A stretch of 64,000 bases of DNA from Eledone cirrhosa. Taxonomy: Eukaryota. The notes below the pieces were generated by a model. It worked only from the letters and a program-made list of their open reading frames with translations. It was not told where the DNA came from and made no database searches. This document shows, piece after piece, positions 55,301 through 64,000 of this stretch (position 1 is its first letter; every line of letters begins with the position of its first letter). The stretch covers positions 45,632,001 to 45,696,000 of the forward strand of contig OZ024743.1 in NCBI GenBank assembly GCA_964016885.1, read 5' to 3'. The position numbers and the translations under genes were made by a program.

Positions 55301-56370
55301 TATGAGACCCGGATAGTAACACTGAAGCAACACCTTCAACAGAGGAAAAAGGTTGGCGACCATCTTGCTCAGGTTTATGAGCATGAAAAAAGAAATATCA
55401 TTAGAATAGCGACTGATCTGGAGGAGAGATATGGAATAAAGCCTGATATAAATCTCTCACCCAGAGAAATCGGAAGATCCTATTCAATGTTCAAACAAGA
55501 AAAAAAATTGACCAATTTACAGAGAAAGTTGTGCATGGATACTTGAGGCGTAAAACACAGACCATAGAGGGGATAAACCACTCAAAAAGCCTGGCATGGA
55601 GTTCCGACAAGTTTATGACATCACACCTTGAGGGATATCTCTATGCAATACAGGAACAAGAACTCCCTACCAAATATCTGCTGCACAAAAGAGGAGGGCC
55701 AGCAGCTGACAATAAATGTAGGCTATGTAAAACAAAGATCGAGGATGTAAGCCACATTGTTGCCAGCTGCGAAAGAATGTCATCTCGCTACTACCTCCCC
55801 ATGAGACACGATGGGATAGCTAGAACTATCTGGAACGCACTTCGGAAAACAAAATTAACAACAAACGAGGAAGAATATATTGAGACAGATGGCACTAAGG
55901 AATACTGGTGGAACCTGAAAATGAAAACTGCCACCAAATTAAAGCACAACCGGCCTGATATTGTAGTTTGGGACCACACATTGAAAACGTGTTCTGTTGT
56001 GGAGATCAGCTGTCCACTTGATGTAAACGTTGTCAGAAAAATACAGGAGAAGGAGGACATCTACGGACCATTGATGAGGAGCTTACAAATCCAGTATCCA
56101 AGATACACCTTTAGCTTCATACCCATCATTATTGGTGCTACGGGTTATATACCAACCCGCTTGGACCAAAGTATGACCGAACTTGGATTTGCGGACAAAA
56201 AGCGCAGCTCCCTAATTCATAGTCTACAAATGGCTGCGATAGCTGGCACCTTCAAAATATGCAAAACATTCTTGCGATTCAAGGGATGACAATTTCTTTT
56301 CTTTTACAACCTTGCCACCAGGAAGGTGGCCGGTCAAAAAAATATACTCGAAATTAAGAGAAAGAGAAAA
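52365..56370 (+). mobile_element. Full-length R4/Dong-like RLE retrotransposon family A in (TACA)n
   Basis: 415-nt 5' UTR, single ORF, 80-nt 3' UTR, (CATA)n on both sides. Confidence 0.9.
52780..56289 (+). CDS. RT plus CCHC plus restriction-like endonuclease polyprotein (~1169 aa if two homopolymer frameshifts are corrected)
   Basis: KSPGPD, NYRPIAC, LDYQKAFDSVPH, QGDSLS, FFVDD, GGRGL, CRLC..HIVASC, RHD, RPDI..VEISCP; +1 shift near 55052-55061 and -1 shift near 55500-55507. Confidence 0.85.
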
Positions 56371-58247
56371 CATACATACATACATACATACATACATACA
56401 TACATACAGACTCTGCAGAACTAACATCGAGGATATCACCCATGTCATCAGCAGCTGTCCACAGATGTCATCGCAAAACACTGTACAATGCAGTTCGTAA
56501 AAAAGATAGCCCCGATTATAAACACATTACAAGCTACAGCAATGTGGAAGACATACATGTACATAATATGAAAGAGTACTGGTGGAATGTTCCAGTAAAA
56601 ACCCCAATAAAATGAAGGCATAACAGACCAGATATTATGATATGGGACAGGGAGAAGAACACGTGCACAGTAGTGGAAATTAGCTGCCCAGCAGATGCCA
56701 ATATAATATCAAAGATTAGTGAAAAGGAGAATATTTATGCAGAACTGATGAGAAATCTGCAGATACTCCACCTTGATTACACCTTCAGATTTATGCCTAT
56801 GATTATTGGGGCACTGGGGTATGTTAGTAACTACCTCAATACAAATCTTGAGAAGCTAGGCTTCACAGGAACAGAAAGAACACAACTAGTTAGGAAATTA
56901 CAAGTACAATCCATTAATGGAACAGTAAAAATATGTAAAATATTCCAAAAATGTTGCATCTAATAACTGCATATACACATATACAGATGCAAAGCATATA
57001 CACATGCACACATACAACTCAAAACATCGACATCCACACATACAATAACATTCATATCTACACATTCATGCATACATATCTACCTAGTTGATGTTGTGTA
57101 AATTCCAATGAGAGAGTCTTGTGTCTATGTTAGAAACCGACTCTCCCTCTATTGGTAAAACTTTGTGAAATTATAAAACCAGAAGAACATACATACATAC
57201 ATACATACATGGTGGCTGCCAACTCGTTTTCGAGTACGGCCACTACTTTATATCCATGTAGGAGAACCCTTACCGATGCGCTGAACGAGTGCGACTTTTT
57301 AGTCCAGCCAGCGACTTGAAAACTCTGGTACAAACACTACACTTGTGACAATTATTGACACATAGTGCTGGGCCCGTGCTACCATGTGACGACAAGTGCA
57401 GAGAGATCTCCAGATATAAAGCAATGCCTGAAGAACAAGTCAACATAATTGGATACCATCAGAGTTGCAGATGTTATATCAGAGTTTTCCTTTTCTTAGA
57501 ATTCTGCCTTGACAAAGGCTAAGGGGTCATCTCTCAAGGTGATTTTGGATGGCCATTGACTCTTAAGAGCTCCTTCGCCCTTTGACAGGTTTTGTTTTTA
57601 GTCCTGCAGGATGTCCAAAGTCACCCTCCTCACCAAGAAACCTTGGTGGGGTTGCCAGTTTAGTCGCCAACGACCCGACCATGAGACAGGTTGTACTGGG
57701 ATACATGTTACCAGTAGCACCAACTGGTGACCTGACATACATACATACATACATACATACATACATACATACATACATACATACATACATACATACATAC
57801 ATACATACATACATACATTTCACAGTAGTATAGTAACTTTAATTATAACTATTCCTTTGCGGAAAGCAGGTTAGTATATTTAACATCGATTCGTTCATAA
57901 CAGAGTGTTAATTTTAACTAGAGCTGTTCTTACCTAGCAGAGTGCAGTGAGGCACCGTTAACTAATTCTACTTTGTTATAGCTGTGTCGTACCTTTAACG
58001 ATATCTATTCAATCTGAGTTAAATTGTCTAAAGTTTAACACAAATTCATTGGAGTAATAATATTATACGTTTTCATCAATGTAAAGCGCTATGAATATGT
58101 TCTGTACCTATGATGATATGTTAGTGCATAATCAAGTCCTGAACGTTTTCATCGAATCTTCAGCTGATCGATATCGAAGCAATTGTCATATGCAATAAAA
58201 TTCCCTTGTGAAGCAGCCTTGTCTTCGTTCCTACTTACTTGTGGCTG

Positions 58248-58287
<40 letters not shown>

Positions 58288-58714
58288 TAGATATATATGC
58301 GTGGGGGGGGGTTAAGGACTCCTAGTCTTTGTCAGGGAATTCTTCTAGGAGAAACTGGGATAACTCCGATATAAAACCTGCGACTCAATAGTTACCGATG
58401 ATGTTGTTCTTTTCTTCTTTTGGGGTTATAGCTACTGTCGCTCAGAGAGTGGGATTGGCTCAGTGCACAGTCTTTCCTCACTTTAAAAAATATCTTAACG
58501 CACAGGCATTGCACGATAGAATTAATTAATAATTATTAATAATGGTATATCGTGCAATGGCCATACTCGATAACGAGGAGGCCAGCCATCATCTATGTAT
58601 ATAGGAAACGAATCAGGACCCCGACGGCTGAGGTCCGGCTGTTTCGACAGCTAGATCTGAACGGAGTACTCTGGTGCGTTATGGTCCACCTGGTATCTTA
58701 CCACACCTTCTTTG

Positions 58715-58794
<80 letters not shown>

Positions 58795-58798
<4 letters not shown>

Positions 58799-59048
58799 TA
58801 CAAAGATTGGAATTAAGAGTATTCCGCAGTTCACTGTAATAATAATAATAGTATTAGCTCAAAGAAGAATAGAGAATTTCCTTCTGAGCTCAAATGCAAA
58901 TATATTACACAAAGAGAAGTGTGTTACACAGTGAGATGTGTGTAAAGAATTATTACAAGTGAGTTTTACCGTTACTGTATCACTTGTAATAATTCTTTAC
59001 ACACATCTCACTGTGTAACACACTTCTCTTTGTGTAATATATTTGCAT
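58795..59048 (-). mobile_element. Mini foldback element in (TA)n, no hammerhead retained
   Basis: Perfect 69-bp arms 58894-58962 / 58980-59048 plus a tail carrying the shared stem. Confidence 0.75.
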
Positions 59049-59109
59049 ATATATATATATATATTTAGAGAGAGAGAGAGAGAGGGAGAGGTAGAGAGAG
59101 AGATATATG

Positions 59110-59179
<70 letters not shown>

Positions 59180-59482
59180 CATCCATCAGCTCATCTCCTC
59201 CTCTCTCCTACCCCCACAGTCACCAACCTTATTGCACACACCCCTCGCACACCCACCATCTACTTCCTCCTCAAAATACACAAACAAAATAATCCCGGCC
59301 GTCCTATCGTTTCCCCAACCTACCCGTCCCTTCAATCTTTCTCATTTCTTATTCTTTCTTCTGATGAAGGACTAGCGTCTGAAACGTTAAGACCATCTTT
59401 CTGCTATTTCAAGCGTTAACCTAATATATTCCTTCCATATACTGTATCGATTGTGTTGTTATTTCTGTTTACCTTTTACATA
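59180..59482 (+). mobile_element. Internally deleted PLE: RT fragment fused to hammerhead pLTR
   Basis: PRTPTIYFLLKIHKQNNPGRPIVS joined directly to a pLTR homologous to 2170-2345; HHR at 59357-59392. Confidence 0.8.
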
Positions 59483-60104
59483 GACACACAAATGGAAGTT
59501 TAGTAAAATCGAAGCTTCGGCTGTAGCCAATCCAACGAGATACAATGAGGAATTATGCAGCCAAGCACTGTATGAGGAATCTCAGAGTAATAACATTCGT
59601 TAGACGGCATGACAAATTGAAAACTGTGGCAGGCAAGCCCACCCACGACACCGAAGCAACCAAAAAACGAACAGGTTAATAAACAAACCTGGACCGTCTC
59701 GGAGGCAGATCTTCGTTTCTCCGATAGGTTTCTATGAAAATCCTAAGTCAACAATCCTACTTGCGCAAGTATGTAAGTTTTGGTGTTTGAAGACCGAACT
59801 AAGGATTCATGTTATCAACAGGTTTCCGTTCTGTGCATTGACCCGGTGTGGTATGAAGTAGCAAGCCACTGTTGTTAGTAGCGGCTATGCCTCAACTAAC
59901 ACGCGCATTTTCCCAACAAGGGAAATAACTCCAGGTTTTTGGCGAGCAAATTCAAAATGTGAACAAACCGAATGAGAAGCACTCGACCAGACGTTATTAA
60001 ACAAACATAAATAATTATTCAATCAATGGAATTGTATAATTAAGCCAACGAAATACAATTAGGATTTATGCAGCCAAGCACTCCATGAGAAAGCTCAGTA
60101 TATA

Positions 60105-60655
60105 CAAGGGATAGACAAAATAATATGAACACCTGGCATAAGCACAATATTTATTTATTGAAAAGATGTTGGACCACTATTTCCTTTTAAATCAGCTTCA
60201 ATTTTATGCGGAATAGATTCGTAAAGTGTCTGAATAGAATGTTGTCCCATTCTTTTACTAAAACATCAACTAATTGCTTTGGCGATGAGATGGAGGTGGA
60301 AATCTGTCTCTGTTCCAAAACTTCCCATGATGGTGATTGTGTTGGCCAGGGAAGATGTTTGATGATATTCTAATGCTCCTCCAACCAAGATTTAACCTTT
60401 TTCGCAGTGTATACGGCGGCATTGTCTTCTTGGAATAGGGCGTGGATTGGCAGTATCGGTAGAGGGTCGGACGCCATGCTTTGCAGCAAAGAGTTACGGC
60501 CCTTTATGGTCTGAGTTCAAATCCCTCCGAGGTTAACTTTGCCTTTCATCCTTACGGGGTCGATAAAATAAAATACCAGTAATACACTGGGATAATTGCT
60601 GGCCTTGTGCCAAAAGTAGAAACAATTATCTTCTTGGAATATGGCAGTGTTTGGC
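60105..60655 (-). mobile_element. Tc1/mariner transposase C-terminal relic with TIR, interrupted by a SINE
   Basis: FQEDNAAVYT, HLPWPTQSP and LYESIPHKIEADLKGNSGPT. SINE A at 60438-60628 with TSD TCTTCTTGGAATA. Confidence 0.8.
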
Positions 60656-60682
60656 ACACACATATATATATATATATATATG

Positions 60683-60760
<78 letters not shown>

Positions 60761-61460
60761 TATATATATATATATAATTATATTAATAAATGGAATCAAT
60801 TACGAATCGCAATACATCCTCGCCGATTAACGAACGTTTTGAACACCAACAGCAACACTTATCAAATATAGAAATAGAAATGAAATATATTGTTCAAATA
60901 GCCGGGTAAAAAATAATTCGGATTATATAGTGACGGCTGACACGTCTTTATATTTTCATTGATTTTAGTTTCAGTTTTACTTAAATTTTGAAGTAAAATT
61001 GCTTGTCAAATCTTTGAAGTTGTATTTTAGTATTACAAATCTTGTTGGAGATAATGGAACTGGATACTGTTATTATGACACGTTATTGTCTTCAAGATAT
61101 CAAATGTTTAATGAGTTGTGAAGAGATATTTCAATGACGTCAGTAATTTGTAACGTTATCACATTCTTCTTTTTCGTTTATTTTTGTGTATTTTGGGGCG
61201 TTATTTATTTTGTCTTGTTATTATTTTTGTAAATAAAGATGCGTATCACTTGTTGATAACGATAGAAAAGGGAATGTTTTAACAAGCCACTTGACACATT
61301 CATTTAGTTAAAAGCACTTAACACTTCAATTATACACATAATCTAAATATTTTCATACAATACAAATTCACACTTCCCTGGAAGTGAGATATAACAAGAA
61401 AGGATCTTGTTTGTTTTATTTTGACTATATGTATGTGTGTGTATGTGTGTTACATTATAT

Positions 61461-61549
<89 letters not shown>

Positions 61550-61552
<3 letters not shown>

Positions 61553-62485
61553 GTACATATATATATATATGTACACGTACATATATATATATACAGACGT
61601 ACAGTAGTATGTATATATATATACATACATGCACACATATATATATGTACGTATGGATTCACCGAACATTTATTATAATGCTCGGTGTGTTTGTAAACAA
61701 ACATCCCGTATTAAGCCGTAGTGTCCAGCAACCATCGTTGCTCGTTTGTTCAACACTGACAAAGGAACGCTGTACTAGTTTAAAGCTTATTAGCTATCGT
61801 CAGCAACGTATACCTTCCTGCCAGATTGTTGAACGTATATACTTACCTTATGCATATTAACGGCTGAGTAGCCCAATTTGCATATCGAGTGAGTTAATTG
61901 GCCGGATGCACCGAAAACGATAAACGGAAAAAATGAAACGAAATTTCATTACCCACTGTTAGTACGGCTGTTACTTAAATATAAGTATGTACACGTACAT
62001 ACATATATGTATACAGACGTACAGTAGTATGTATATATATATATACATGCATGCACACATAACGTTTATCGTTTTCGGTGCACCCGGCCAATTAACCCAC
62101 TCGATATGCAAATTGGGCTACTCAGCCGTTAGTATGCATAAGGTAAGTATATACGTTCAACAATCTTGCAGGAAGGTATACGTTGCTGACGATAGCTAAT
62201 AAGCTTGAAACTAGTACAGCGTTCCTTTGTCAGTGTTGAACAAACATGCAACGACGGTTGCTGGACACTACGGCTTAATATGGGATGTTTGTTTACAAAC
62301 ACACCGAGCATTATAATAAATGTTCGGTGAATCCATACGTACATATATATATATGTGTGCATGTATGTATATATATATACATACTACTGTACGTCTGTAT
62401 ACATATATGTATGTACGTGTACATACTTATATTTAAGTAACAGCAGTACTAAGAGTGGGAAATGAAATTTCGTTTCATTTTTTCC

Positions 62486-62490
<5 letters not shown>
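61550..62490. mobile_element. Second copy of the 28837-family tandem/inverted hammerhead element
   Basis: Inversion near 62060; HHRs at 62180-62222 (+) and about 61766-61809 (-). Confidence 0.85.
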
Positions 62491-62529
<39 letters not shown>

Positions 62530-62544
62530 TTATCTAGATATTTA

Positions 62545-63066
62545 TTTAGGTTTGTTGGTTCACCACTGGTTAGAACTGGTCATTCCGTATGGTCAATCTC
62601 GATGTAATATTATGTAGAGTACTCAACGTAATGCAACTCACCCGTCTTTGTTTGTGTAGTTAGTGGTGCGAGTACGGAGTTAATTATTATAAAATAACAG
62701 GAGGCTGGACTGGTGTAAATCCTTGAAAGGTATATTATACTATGATCACTTCAATGACCGGGTATCAGTATGAATCCGGTGATATCATCAGGTATTCGAA
62801 ATATAACAAAGGAATATAACAGATAAAATCCATGGGACTGAAAATCAGAGGCAAGAGGACGACCGACTATGGTAGAAGCTGCTAAATAGTCAGTCGTCCT
62901 CTTGTCTCTGATTTTCAGCCCCATGGATTTTATCTGTTATATTCCTTTGTTATATTTCGAATACCTGATGATATCACCGGATTCATACTGATACCCGGTC
63001 ATTGAAATGATCATAGTATAATAAACCTTTGAAGGATTTACACCAGTCCAGCCTCCTGTTATTTTA

Positions 63067-63071
<5 letters not shown>
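62545..63071 (-). mobile_element. Foldback hammerhead element (~185-bp arms) in (TA)n
   Basis: Arms 62686-62870 / 62887-63071. HHR 62961-63019: ATAC-CTGATGA...ACCGG..CCGGT..GAAATGATCATA-GTAT. Confidence 0.85.
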
Positions 63072-63133
<62 letters not shown>

Positions 63134-63706
63134 GAGAAGAAAGAAGAATACTGCGTGGTTGCACATGAGTTACATATGAGAAAATTAGTCCCTCGTCAGT
63201 GATTTGCCAACCATCATTGATAATTCATCGCATTAAAAATCATATACCTCAGGTTGGTGCGAGCAATAACTAAAAAAAGCTATTGGGACAAGTAAATCCC
63301 GTAAAGCGAGCGAGACAAGTAAACAACATAGAAGGATAAAAGCAAACCGAAGATAGGAAAAAAACAAGCAACATGGTTATCCGGTCAGCATAATCTGGGT
63401 GGATTTCATGAGCGATCAAGATACAGACCGTCCCACGTGAGTAAGATGTGAGCAAGAAAAGACCCCACTACTAGCCAAACGGGAGGAAGTGAGAAGGGGA
63501 GAAACAGAGAGTGAGTGAGTGGAAGTGCGAGGAAGAGGTCAGTCGAGAGAAAGTGTAACTGACAGAGGGGGCGAAAGAAGGTGAGAGAAACAGAGAGAAC
63601 GGGGAAGCAGTAAGAGAGAAACAGACAAACGCAGTATATATATATATATACATATCTATACAATATAATGTAACACACATACACACACATATATATGTAT
63701 ATATAT

Positions 63707-63798
<92 letters not shown>

Positions 63799-63961
63799 CT
63801 ATACAATATAATGTAACACACATACACACACATATATATTGTCCAAATAAAACAAACAAAATTATTTCTTGTTATATTTCAAAAGAATATATATTTCATA
63901 AATATATAAATATATACATATATGTAATATGTATACATATATATATATTTCGTATATATCG

Positions 63962-64000
<39 letters not shown>

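Overview
AT-rich, microsatellite-dense eukaryotic DNA; the SINE families and repeat landscape suggest an octopus/cephalopod genome (inference). There is one convincing host gene, an intronless secreted Cys-rich protein (20691-21689, minus strand), and most other ORFs are microsatellite artefacts. The window is dominated by two microsatellite-dwelling retroelement groups. (1) In (TA)n tracts sit Penelope-like elements (a Naiad-type element with inverted pLTRs, a Neptune-type element, fragments) and about 10 sequence-unrelated non-coding foldback or tandem elements. Most carry a minimal type-I hammerhead ribozyme, including U3:A8 and U4C core variants, and most share a covarying RYTC...YYGARY stem placed just past the inverted-arm end. 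(2) In (TACA)n tracts sits a nested cluster of R4/Dong-like RLE retrotransposons, one probably intact, together with opposite-strand RTE-like non-autonomous elements. Also present are tRNA-SINEs, piggyBac-type MITEs, a Helitron, CRE/Tc1/Gypsy/RTE relics and a locally templated chimeric insertion. All calls were made by eye, without database searches.
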